NCBI RefSeq assembly: GCF_033153115.1
Contig: NW_026889805.1
Coordinates: 1,178,001-1,242,000 of the forward strand
DNA length: 64,000 bases
DNA from: Saccostrea echinata
Lineage: Eukaryota
Direction: 5' to 3'
Part shown: piece after piece, positions 51,971 to 64,000 of the stretch
How the letters are laid out: every line of letters starts with the position of its first letter
Position numbering within the stretch: the first letter of the stretch is position 1
Translations under genes and position numbers: made by a program
The notes under the pieces: generated by a model
What the model saw: only the letters and a program-made list of their open reading frames with translations
What the model was told of the DNA's origin: nothing
Databases searched by the model: none

Positions 51971-53779
51971 TTAATACACACTGACACCGTATTTCCCTCC
52001 CTGGGATCCCCCCTTCCCGCTATAATACTGCCAAACCTTGACAAGTTCTTCCGGATACTTAGCAGCACTACCAAATTTTTCGAAATCAATTTTCCCAGAT
52101 TCCTTTGGATATGCCACTACACCATGTCGGGAAGCGTCGTCTGTCTTGGAAGATCCTCCTGATAAATACTTTTTAAAATCATCAATAAGTTTTACACCAG
52201 CGTCATCTGTGGCGCCATTTTCATGGCCATTACTGGATGCCTGAGATACAGAGTAGTGTTGGTTAAAACCAATCCCGTGTAGGCTCTCTGGATATAAATT
52301 AGATGTATGTTTGGTAGGAAAATCGCTTAGTTCTCCGGCGGTTTTCTCCAATTCGCCAACTGCTGGAAGACCAATTGATCCTGTTTTTGGATAATTTGGA
52401 TAATAGATGGCGGATCTAGAGGAGTGTGCAGTCTCCTTGTCTGGTAAGACTCCGTGACTGCTACATCCGCCGGAGATTCCTTTGAAGTAAGAGGACAGGA
52501 GACCTCCACTGCTTGTTGGTAATTTATTCCCTCCATTGTTTCCATGTTCAGTGTGTGTAGTGTCAGCACTGTGAATGACTCCATGGACATTAGGTTTATA
52601 ACCAGATCCTACATTTTTATAAAGATAGTTACTAAATACTGCTTTATAAACATGTCCTCCCTTATTTCCAAGATCACCAGATTCACCACCGAGACTATTA
52701 CCTTTTCCATAAATTTGGTACTGGCTGTCTATATTGTAAGATTTTCTGTTGACTGGGTAAACATCAGGGGATGGCTTGACTACAGAACCACCATTGTTAC
52801 CAAAGTCACCGTGAGCACTGCCTAGACTATAACTTTTACCATAAATTGGATACGTATTGGTTTGAGCTGGATATGCAAGGCCGTCATTTTTTCCATGGTC
52901 ACTAGGGACAGTGCCTGGGTTGCGAGATTTCGTGTAGGTCTGGTATGAGCTAGGGGGCGGTTGATAAAGATCTCCGCCATTGTTTCCTTGGTCATTACCA
53001 GTACCACTTGTTGGATAGACCGGGTATGTAATTGATCCTTCCCCTCCATTGTTTTTACTGTGACTATAAATTCCAGAGCTGTCGCCTGGGTATGTTTGAT
53101 AGATGGAAGTTGACGGTTTATAGACAAATTGACCGATGTTTCCATGGTCACCAGACCCACTACCGAGGCTGTAACTTGCTGGGTGGGCGGGGTATATATC
53201 CAGCTTGTTCCCATTCTCATGGTTCTGACTTCCTCCTATCTGGTCTATACTCAGCTCCAGGGATTTAAGTCCCTGAGTCTCTACATGACCACTCTCACTT
53301 TCTGTCCCGCCTTTAGGGCTGCCAGGGTAGTACAGACCAGGGTAAACAGAGTACTGGTTGTCCTTTGAGTTTGCTGTGTATGGATCTCCTCCATTTTGTT
53401 TGGTCAGCGGATGGTATACTGCCTCTGTCAAAGAGGGTGGTCCATGAGAATTTATGGGATATGTCGGGTATTTTGAAGTATCTCCGATTCCATTAGAATG
53501 CCCGGTGGGATAAATAAGTTTTGTCTCACCGTGTCCAAAGTATTGTCCACTGTGACCGGAAATATCGGAGTATTGTCCAGTTTGACCTTGAATATAATAG
53601 TTCTTAGATCCGCCATTAGCATCATCAGCGGGAGCATAATATTTCTTTGGTCCTAAATCGTCTATCTTCGATACCCCTTTGGATATATCATCAGGTTTAG
53701 TGGGTAAACCATGATACCAACTTCCTGTCACCTGGGAAAAGCTTGATACCAGTGTGGTACAAAGAAGAATGAGCGACAT
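51971..53779 (-). CDS. Secreted low-complexity Gly/Ser/Tyr/Pro/Asn/His-rich protein (602 aa), shell-matrix or adhesive-like
   Basis: Uninterrupted 1.8-kb ORF, signal peptide MSLILLCTTLVSSFSQVTG, degenerate GDHGNNGGxVYKP repeats. Acceptor ctttag 5 nt before the ATG; candidate upstream UTR donor at ~54099. Confidence 0.85.
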   Translation of the reverse strand: MSLILLCTTLVSSFSQVTGSWYHGLPTKPDDISKGVSKIDDLGPKKYYAPADDANGGSKNYYIQGQTGQYSDISGHSGQYFGHGETKLIYPTGHSNGIGDTSKYPTYPINSHGPPSLTEAVYHPLTKQNGGDPYTANSKDNQYSVYPGLYYPGSPKGGTESESGHVETQGLKSLELSIDQIGGSQNHENGNKLDIYPAHPASYSLGSGSGDHGNIGQFVYKPSTSIYQTYPGDSSGIYSHSKNNGGEGSITYPVYPTSGTGNDQGNNGGDLYQPPPSSYQTYTKSRNPGTVPSDHGKNDGLAYPAQTNTYPIYGKSYSLGSAHGDFGNNGGSVVKPSPDVYPVNRKSYNIDSQYQIYGKGNSLGGESGDLGNKGGHVYKAVFSNYLYKNVGSGYKPNVHGVIHSADTTHTEHGNNGGNKLPTSSGGLLSSYFKGISGGCSSHGVLPDKETAHSSRSAIYYPNYPKTGSIGLPAVGELEKTAGELSDFPTKHTSNLYPESLHGIGFNQHYSVSQASSNGHENGATDDAGVKLIDDFKKYLSGGSSKTDDASRHGVVAYPKESGKIDFEKFGSAAKYPEELVKVWQYYSGKGGSQGGKYGVSVY

Positions 53780-54914
53780 GATTCCTAAAGAAAGAAGTTA
53801 GAAACATTTTACTTACTTGTAGTCCACTTTTTTCCTTAAAAATAGGAAGAGTACCAAAAGAACAAAATAGAAGAATTTAAGTGTACACTGTACTAGTACG
53901 GCTGTATATGCTATTCGTAAAATGTCCTTCTTTGTGTCCACGTGATAAATTACTTTCTAATACTCTATATAATTTTCTTTTTTCTGATCTTGTAGAAATT
54001 AATTTAAAGAATTTTTATATTATGTTTAAAATGTTTAACGATGGTAATTTTGTAAAATCTATAAAAAGAATCAACGATGGGATAAATAAAATATTTTACC
54101 TTCTCTTGTGAGAGACTGCGGCTTAAAGCAAAAACTACAGACAACGTTAGAGACTATATATTGAGTGTAACCATAGCAACATTTGAATTAAATAGATTTA
54201 CGCTCTTAATCACTTAATACAATTTAGAAATATGACAGGACATTATTTCAAACCTTAAATCCGAAATAACAACAAACGAACTTCTGAGGGTATCCATATT
54301 AATAATAATTAATTAATTAAGAAAACCGACACTTCTAGAAACATGGAACAAATTGTTTAAGAATAGAAAGTTAAAATGTCACACAATTCTCGTAAAAATA
54401 TGACACAAACATTCTTATGACATGAAGAAATTAGCTAATTATAACAAAGGAAAATTAATGTCCCGTGAAAATGTCGGGAACCAGAAATAATACAATATGT
54501 CTTCTTCAGCTTAGGACTTTTGACTGTGTTACTCGTAACATCGGTAGGTCACTCTGTGACTTTGACCAATAATTGCTCACTCGATTTTAATACTTAAAAT
54601 AATTTTTTGAAAGAAAGGAAATGCGTAATATTTCAATAGCCAACTTTGCAAGAAGTTTTTCTTGAACACCCTTGGAACATATACTTTGAATCAATGGATT
54701 TGAGTTGTATCACTAATTTTGGGTATGTCCAGGGCCACATGCACTAATGGTCAAAGCATTATTGTCATCGAGTTAAAAAACATGTACATATATCTTAATT
54801 AGAATTAAAGTCAAAGTCGAATGTTATATTTAGAAACATCTCTTTTTTTTAAAGAGACTATCAATCATGTAAAATGTATTGGATCAGACAATGATCATCT
54901 TAATTGGCAACTAA

Positions 54915-56050
54915 TACATCTCCCGTGTCATTTTTATAGATTGGTACATCTCCCGTGTTATTGTTATAGGTTATGTGATATATCTCCCGTGTTATAGTTA
55001 TAGGTTATGTGATATATCTCCCGTATTATAGTTATAGGCTATGTGATATATCTCCCGTGTTATTGTTATAGGTTATGTGATATATCTCCCGTGTTATAGT
55101 TATAGGTTATGTGATATATCTCCCGTGTTATAGTTATAGGTTATGTGATATATCTCCCGTGTTATAGTTATAGGTTATGTGATATATCTCCCGTATTATA
55201 GTTATAGGTTATGTGATATATCTCCCGTGTTATTGTTATAGGTTATGTGATATATCTCCCGTGTTATAGTTATAGGTTATGTGATATATCTCCCGTGTTA
55301 TTGTTATAGGTTATGTGATATATCTCCCGTGTTATAGTTATAGGCTATGTGATATATCTCCCGTGTTATTGTTATAGGTTATGTGATATATCTTACGTGT
55401 TATAGTTATAGGTTATGTGATACATCTCCCGTGTTATAGTTATAGATCATGTGATATATCTCCCGTGTTATAGTTATAAGCTATGTGATATATCTCACGT
55501 GTTATAGTTATAGGCATATCCCCCGTGTTATTGTTATAGGTTATGTGTTATATCTCCCGTGTTATTTCTATAGGATATGTGATATATTCCCCGTGTTATT
55601 TCTATAGGTTATGTGATATATTCCCCGTGTTATTTCTATAGGTTATGTGATATATCTATAGGTTATGTGATATATCTCCCTTGTTATAGTTATAGGATAT
55701 GTGATATATCCCCCATGTTTAGTTATAGATTATGTGATATATCTCCCGTGTTATAGTTATAGGCTATGTGATATATCTCCAATGTTATAGTTATAGGCTA
55801 TGTGATATATCTCCCATGTTATAGTTATAGGCTATGTGATATATCTCCCGTGTTATTGTTATAGGTTATGTGATATATCTCCCGTGTTATAGTTATAGGT
55901 TTTGTGATATATCTCCCGTGTTATTGTTATAGGTTATGTGATATATCTCCCGTGTTATAGTTATAGGTTATGTGATATATCTCTTGGTTATATTTATAGG
56001 CTATGAGATATATCTCCCGTATTATTGTTATAGGCTATGTGATATATACA
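54915..56050. repeat. Minisatellite, 34-bp unit (atatctcccgtgttatagttataggttatgtgat)
   Basis: About 33 tandem copies read directly from the sequence. Confidence 0.95.
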
Positions 56051-58398
56051 TCATTTATCTATAAGGTGTATGCTTAATAAAATGCATATTGACAGAAAAC
56101 TGGTTGTTGAGTTTACGTGCAATATTGCCCTTTATCGGTTTCATATGCATGCTTAGTCAAAAGCATTATGCATGTGATAAGGCCAAATTAATCAGTCAAA
56201 TATAAAGATGCTCAGATCGGTTCTTTCACTGAGAGAAGACATGATCCTGTGTTCTCATCCCAAAGAGATTTGAACTCCTGGCTGTCCTCTTTAAATTTTA
56301 CCATAGGCCTCCCATCGAATTTCGTAAATGACGAAATGATATCAATATACGTATAGCCCTATATACTATAAATTATTGTATGGAGGGTAGACCTATTTCC
56401 TCTATCACAAAATTAGATAGAGAGGCCTATGAATTTTATTTACTGCAATAGAAGAAAAAGAAAATCTTGGTCAACAATTTATTCTCAACAGAAATGCCTT
56501 TATCTCTGTATATGGTCCCCATAACAGTGGAATAAATTAAGTGATATTTACATCTATATATACATTAAACTTAACAGTTACTTAAAACACTCAACTCTCA
56601 TTTTCAACAGTGATTTGACAACAATACATGACTGCAGCACCAGAACACAATCACTCCAAACCCTAACACTAAATCTGTCAACAAATCAAACACTAAATCT
56701 TGCACTAAATCAAAACACTCCATTTCATTAAGAATAGATTTTCATGGCGCTCCCAGTCAAGTTAATATTTCCTAAAGGTGATTAAAAAGTAAAATATAAA
56801 ATCACACAAAGGACCTAACCTTATAACAGTTAAATCTTTATATCAAAATGTTTTAAATAACAGCTTTCCAGATCTGTAACAAATCTTATTATTTCTCATT
56901 GTATCTGGTCTATAGCTTACTGACTGGTATGTAAATACTTGATATAACATGTTTAGTCACACAATAGGTAAATCAACCTGAGCTATAAAATGTCTTCTCT
57001 GTCTATCAAATCTCATTTGTTCCTGATAAAGGCAACTCTATAACAGTTAAATAGGATAGTATTTCTAAAAAAAAAAGTTAAAAATGTCTTCAACAAAACA
57101 AATAGTTGTGCTAAAAATTTGTATAAATACAAAATGTATATCAAAAACATTAAGTCTAGAACTAGGAATAATTTTTTCTTAAAATCAATAATCAAAGCCT
57201 GATAAATTGACGTACAATTGATTAAAAAAAATTGTTGCTTTTGTAGTAGTTGTGGTGAAATGTGACTAAAATAATCTACTAGAATTATAACAAGGTTATA
57301 AATTATAATGACTAGTCTAATTTATATATTGACTCTATAAAAAGACATGAAACATTCCATTCTACTGTCTACAGAATTATCTACACAACTAAAATCTAAG
57401 CATATAAAAACATCAAATATTTTGTTTGATGTATTCTGACCCATTTTGTTTTAAATTTTGAGGGGTGAGGTCAACTGTAATATATTTTTTCCTTTTATTC
57501 ATATCTCTCAATGCTCATGATGCTGGCTTGCATGTACACTAACATGTAAGCCGGTCAACATAAAGTAAACCTCAAATATTTTAGTGACTCATAACCAATC
57601 ATTGTTATACGTGTACAGGTTTATATGGGAAATCTATGTCTAGGTCATGTATCCATTTTTTTTTTCAAACCTTAAAAAAGAAAACAAAATGAAGCTAAAA
57701 GTTTGTTGTAATAAAACAAATGAGTTGCTTTGAATCAGGCAGCTCTGGTTGAGTACATCAAACAAAACATTCATTGTTGGCCTAACTATAGAAGCTAAGC
57801 AGCTCTAAATAACTGGTCGATATCTCCATCTAATGGTAATCTAATATATACCCTTTTGACACAGATTATCAATGAATTATTAATGATTATTAATGAACAT
57901 GATGAAAGACTGCCACAGAGTCAAGTATAGAACTGAATCAGATCATATTTGAAAGTTTTGGAAATGAAAAGTCTCCAACAAAACCAGAAATGCTTACATA
58001 TAGTAAAATACAACAGCTTGATTAAAAAGGTATGTAAAATAAAGTTCTCATACAAAAATAAGAGAATGGGAAGACAATTCAGTAATACATATAGTGAATT
58101 GTTCAATTAAAATCAGGTCATTTGATCTGTAAAGAATAAAAAATAAACTAAACAAAAAAAATTCAAATCTAATAAGGTTGTTAGATATAGCTTAACAACA
58201 CAAAATACTTCATTTAGCAATATTGAAAATTGCAATATAAGTTCACTAAAAAGAAAAATATTTCAAAATGTATAGAAATTAACAACACAAGATACTTCAT
58301 TCAACAGTCTTGAAACATTCAATCTAAATTAATTCATTTGTTCACTAAAAAAGACAGATATTTTTTAAAAGTACTCAAATTTCAAACAATCTAAATAC

Positions 58399-60375
58399 CT
58401 AATAAGCTTGTTGTATAGAAGTTAACAAGACAGCATGCTCATCCACCCACTGTATAAATGCGGGAGATCGCTGTTTGATTATTTTCATCAGGGTGACACA
58501 GTCACTCTCTGCACTATGGAGATTGACTGGATCCTGTCCAAAGGATCTTCTGTAAATGTCAACAAGTTTGTATGATACCCTCGGGGGAAATCGGGACACT
58601 GGAGAGGCCCCTGGTTTGAATCCTGAGCATGCGTTTTCAGTGGTGGATCTAAAGAGTGAACGACAGGCCATTCCATTTGGGACAGCTCTTTTTCCTGCCT
58701 CTACATTATATGTTTCATTTCTTCCACTGACTGGAGTATTTAGCTGAAATGCTGCAGTAGAGCGCACCAGGCCCGTCATAGGGGTCAGGCACTGCTCTTT
58801 TTGAGGGGTGAAACAGTGTTCTTTCATGGGGGTAAGGCACTGGTCTTTCTGTGGGTTGGACACAGTAGTGAAGGTTTGACCACTGGTGGAGGGAGTCTCA
58901 GGGGTACACAGACCCTCACAATTAGCTAACACACTGACAGTTTGTTCTTTAGGAGTCACACAGTCTGAAGTTTTTAACAGACATATAGGAGTCTCACTAT
59001 TCAGTTTGTTGCGAGATTCTGATTGTGACTGTTCTATGTTCTCCACGGCTTGTAGGAAATCATCATCAGGCAGACTCCCTTGAGAGGCAGGAATGGTATG
59101 CTGACTGTGAACATTTTCCTTGTCTTCTAGAGGATTATGGTTTTCTTCTGAGTCTGACATTTCTACGTCTTTGTCTTCACTATCATCTTCCTCCTCATCA
59201 TCATCATCAAAACTCAGTCTCTTTTTCACTGACTCAATGTCACATGTATTTCTTTTACTTATGACATCTGCTGACATTTTCAAGCTTGATCCTATTGGCT
59301 TATGTCCAATCAGATCTATTGAATCATCATTTTTTTCATCATCTTTTTTTCCTGCGGAGTCAAATAATCTTTTTCGTATAGATTTGGCCTCAATGGGGAC
59401 TCTGTCAAAGTCTGCGTCACATTTGCGTTTTTTCTGTCTCACTCGACCTTTGACATCTATAACCTGCTCAGGCACCTCGGGAATGTTCTGTCCTACAGGT
59501 GTTGCGGTTGAAGCTCCATTGTTGGTATTTTGTGCTGGATCTGATAATACGTCTGCTGCTTCTGTATCAAGGGCACGAAGTGCTTCCAGTGAATCAGCAC
59601 AGTAAATCTCACCTGGCAAAGTACGAGCAATTCTTTTGAGTTCAGCATTCAGAATCTTGAAGTCATATCCATTTCCATTGTGAGCCAGCAGACATATAGG
59701 CTGAGGAAGTCGAGAAACAAAATGTGAAATAGAGGTGATGGTGTCATCATCAAATGGTGACTGAGCCTCCAACGCATCGTTGTATAGACCTGTTGGAAAC
59801 AGAACATGTAACTGTAAATATAAAGATACAACACATTCCTTGTTATGAGGGCTTTTATTTACATCTATTGCAAATATTGTAAATGAATATATGTTCAGCA
59901 TTTAACAAGCTGTGGAAAGGAAAAGTCAGAAAAATATTATTTTCTTAAACACCCTATACATGTAGCTATGTAAATCCAAGCATTAAAACTGAATCTATGA
60001 CATATCACATGGAATTATGAATGGTAGAAATTTAGTCTAAATTTTAATAAACCAAGATTCTTGAATGTTTCTGTCTACACTTGTTCAGGAGAATATCTTT
60101 TCTTTGTATAAAATTGCCTATACATGCAGCAATTCTATCCTGTGTAACATACCAGTAACAATGCTTGCTGTAGGATCAATCATCTTTTTGGGGTTGATAC
60201 ACATCACCAGCTTGTTACAAACACGGGGCAACCCTACGGGGGTCAAGAGTTCCTCTCTCTGGACAGACAACAGACATAACTCCGTCACCCTCGGCCTGGC
60301 ACCTGGGTTTATAAGTCCTGTGCACTCCAGGTCTAAAATCACTAATGTGGCGATTTTCTCCCTCGGTAACACCAT
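58399..60375 (-). CDS. TREX1/TREX2-like DEDDh 3'-5' exonuclease (~537 aa, 2 coding exons)
   Basis: Exons 60375-60153 and 59789-58399 (phase 1, GT-AG). ExoI LDLECTGL, PRVTELCL, PRVCNKL, ExoII LLAHNGNGYDF, CADSL, SYKL..IY, ExoIII HSAESDC. Confidence 0.88.
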
Positions 60376-63364
60376 GGTCCGCTTTCTGAAAATGAAATAC
60401 TTGATTCATTCACAGTTCCAAGTTCCCTCTCACTGGTTAAGTTTATAAGACCTAACAAGATTTGCCAGTTGGTGAACATGTCTGGACACATCCGAAAATT
60501 AAATGTCCAAGCACGATTCCCGCGAGTCATTCATACGCTATTTATGCAGAACTAATCCCCAGTGTGAAAAAAACTAAAAGATATATATAAAATAAAGTAA
60601 AACATTCATACCTATATTTTTACAACCATCACATAAAGTAATCCAACACCATAAATCTGAATGTTGACATTTTTCACCAAAAGATCACGTGACATTTATT
60701 ATTGTGACGTACCAGTAGACAACTTGTGCCAAAGATATTCGACTTTGCTAAAGCATATTATAAATATTTTTTAACAGTTTGATTAATACATACAACACCG
60801 AAAATGTTCTGTATGAATTCTGTGTAAGAGATTAGTTTTGTTGGATATTTCCTTGAGTGTTTAGTTCAGACCTGGGTAAAATTAGTCAATTAGATTCGAT
60901 TTCAACTCGCTGTATTTTTTCCCCATGTACGTATGATTTTAAAGATTTTTTGGCAGTTTACATCAAGATGCACATAAATTATAACACAAGCAGGCCCGTG
61001 TAGTAATTTGAAGGAGGTGTTACCATTTATGTGTCTGGAAAAAAAATCCAAAAAAAACCCCTCCATCTCGCGTTCCATTATCCTGCAGCATATATATATA
61101 TGCATGGTCACTAAACGTACATGTATTTTAAGTGCTCCACCATGCATATGAACAGCCGGTTTAAATACTTTGATATTGATTTACAATAACATCCTTACTT
61201 TTAAAAGGTAAACCGATTATTCTTTTAATCCATTGCACTATTTATCCCTAAGTCTATCATTCAAAACAGCAATGCACCACAGTCGAATTATCATTTTCGC
61301 TGCTATAAGGTTTTCATGTTTCTTTCAACAAGTAATTTGTAAATTATCAAAAGGAAAAGGGGACCGTTCATCAGAGTTAAAATATTAATTATGTAAGCCC
61401 TTTCAATCCAATTTTTATCAGTGTAAAATAAAGTAAGTGTCAATATTATTGATTAGATAAAGCAGTGAAATTTAATTTTTGTGTTGTGTAGTGATTTTTA
61501 TTGCAATTTTAACTTTTTGGTCACTATTAATGTTAAGCGGCAACCTGCCTCAAAATTCTACTCTCTCCTCGGTGTTCTATGCTAAGAAAGGAAAATAACT
61601 ATAGGTATTTATTATATTGACTTTAGTATAACATGTACATGTACTTATTAAAACATTTTTTTTAATAAAACAAATTTTTCCATGACTAAAGAGCACCTAA
61701 TCGTTCACAAAACTAAAATGTACTTCGAACGTTGAATAGAATACCAGTCCTCGTCATAATTTAATACTATATATTACACCCCCCCCCCTTCTCCTGATGC
61801 ATTGTTTTAATCAGAATGTAACCTTTTACACCATTTATGCACACGTCAGGTGCCCGAGGTCGTTACGTGTGCATCAGAACCAAGCATCAGAAGAGAGGTT
61901 GGCTGTAATTGGAATCATGCACCAACAGAAGGGGACTTGTTGTAATTCAGAATCATGCAACAGGAGAAAGTACACGAAAAGATCTCGTAATAACGAGATA
62001 ATAATTTTCTCGTTTTTACGAGATTATTTTCTCGTAATTACGCGATCTTTTTTGTAATTACGAGATAAGTTTAGGAGATGATTTTCTCGTAAATGCGAAA
62101 TAATGAAGCGTATTTTTTTTCTTTTTTTAAAATTTGATACCAGTAGGCTCTCGTAATTTATATAGAGCAATGGGGTAAAAGCTAGGGAAATTTTAGAAGT
62201 AAGCTTGATTTTTTTTTCTTACAAGTGGATTACACCTTTTTTTTTAAAATAATCTAAGAACTATTTTAATATCAGTAGCATAAAGACATTTTGAACAGGT
62301 GCAGGTCCATTTTTTCGATGGGCGGGGGGTTGGGGGGGGGAGGTTCCACATCAACCCCTAGTCTGAATTGTTTTTGACAAAAAAAAAAAACAAACAAACA
62401 AACAAACTAAAACAAACAAAAAATAAATAGATGGATAAATAAAAAATCAAGAAAAAACCTTAAACAACCGGTCATGTTTCCGAGGGGGGAGGGGGGGGGG
62501 TCATTTTTACTTTACTTTGACAATTAAAGAAATTTAATAACTAAATTTTCAGGGGGGGGGGGGGCTCTCCCTCCCCGTCTAGATCCGCGCATGTTGCCGG
62601 AAGAATTATTTTATTTCTTTCTTTTTTATTTCTCAGTAGACTCCATTTACTTTTTCTTCAAAGTAGAATATACTAGCATCTGTGTTTCACATGCATTGTA
62701 TAAATAAAATTGAATACATGGTGAATATAATATGCGAAGGTCTGCTGTACACATCTATCAACCTTAACCACTATTAACCTACGTGATATAGGGTAAAGTG
62801 ATAATGGGTGACTCACTCGCTATCATGAATCATTATCTGGAGTGTTTACAAAATCAGCGTTATTTTTATTTTCTGTATTCAGTTAGCGAAAGTAATTATA
62901 GCACTCAATTCTGACTGAAAGTCTCGCCATCAAGTTAAATATCATTTGCTGTTATTTGAATCAAAAGCACCTAGCGTTATATTTCCATTTGGTATTTGAC
63001 TATTTGTATTACAACATTTCCGTAAATTGATTTTTTAGTTATGCAACATATATTGAAATGATTTTATTTATTGTATTTAATTTAATTAAACTATGAAGTT
63101 ACGATGAAAATTTAAAACAAAATGATTTAAAATTATCTTTCTTCATTAGTTATTGGATATTGAATCGGGATCGAGGTTTAAGCGTATTTGATTTAAAAAG
63201 AAAAATTACATTTAAAACATTAATATAACTATTCACTAAACATAGAATGATTTCATCATTTGTAATAATAATTTGTCAGTTTTATTTGCATGTGATTTTT
63301 AAAATATTTTAAAAATATTTTTTCGTTGATATAAGCGACCTGTCCCGATTTGTTACAATTCAAA

Positions 63365-63445
63365 ATGGCTTCCAGCGAGACGACCGACGAATCTCTCTAT
63401 CCTATTGCTGTGTTAATAGACGAGCTCAGAAACGAAGATGTCCAG
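63365..63445 (+). CDS. PPP2R1A: Protein phosphatase 2A 65 kDa scaffold subunit A, first coding exon (gene continues beyond the window)
   Basis: MASSETTDESLYPIAVLIDELRNEDVQ matches the conserved PR65/A N-terminus and is followed by the donor gtatgt. Confidence 0.92.
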
Positions 63446-64000
63446 GTATGTTGGCAACAGAATTACTTGCTATTACTATGTATATTATCTCCAACTTTAT
63501 ATCTTAAACAATTTGTTCATCCGCCCTTATATTGGTCAATGAATGGTTCAGAATGTTGGTTGTCAATACATTGCAGGCGTTATACGCACGGCTTCATTAA
63601 ATAATTGATACTGCTTCTGTATATTGTAGGCATACCCATTTGCAAAGAATATTCTGAAATTGCAGATGAACGTCTGTCTTGACTCAGAATATTTGAAAAT
63701 TATTTGATAGGAATTGAGGAAAGGGAACTATATTTTAGTATTAGTAATAGTATAATTAAAAATAGGTTCCTGATAAGTATTACACATTTGTAATTGCCCA
63801 TTGTAACGTGTACAATGTAAACATAGTAGATGAGGCTTTGTTATGAATTTAAAGAATTCATATAAACAACATGTATATAAACATGATGCATGATAAATTA
63901 GGGAACACTTCACTAAAGTTTGTTGTTCCCTATAAATATGGTGCTAAAATATGTGCCACAGAAAGCGTGAGCAATCTACAAAGTTGATGAAAAGGCCCCA

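Noticed and set aside
59120-59605. 161-aa Ser-rich plus-strand ORF
   Set aside because: Antisense to the acidic insert of the TREX-like gene.
59790-59901. Start of the 500-aa ORF (MLNIYSF...)
   Set aside because: Intronic read-through; the real N-terminus with ExoI lies in exon 60375-60153.

Overview
AT-rich, intron-containing animal genomic DNA. The repeat families (Cg170/HINE-like Helentron derivative, Deu/Nin-type tRNA-SINEs, Penelope-like RT relics) point to a bivalve, probably an oyster; this is inference. There are two assembly gaps (25793-25964, 46532-46666). The left 36 kb holds a tandem array of three intact Cys-loop (nAChR-like) subunit genes with intronless CDSs plus one truncated pseudogene. 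They keep a cation-type pore but have lost the canonical acetylcholine-binding residues, which recalls cephalopod chemotactile receptors. The right part holds a 7-exon caspase (death-fold prodomain, SHG and QACRG), a two-exon secreted Gly/Arg/Tyr peptide missed by the ORF track, a 602-aa secreted Gly/Tyr/Ser/Pro-rich protein, a TREX-like DEDDh exonuclease split by a long insert rich in cell-cycle motifs, and the first exon of the PP2A scaffold subunit A. Intergenic DNA is dense with decayed retroelements, SINEs, MITEs and minisatellites. All alignments and exon calls were made by eye; repeat boundaries are approximate unless a TIR or TSD is given.
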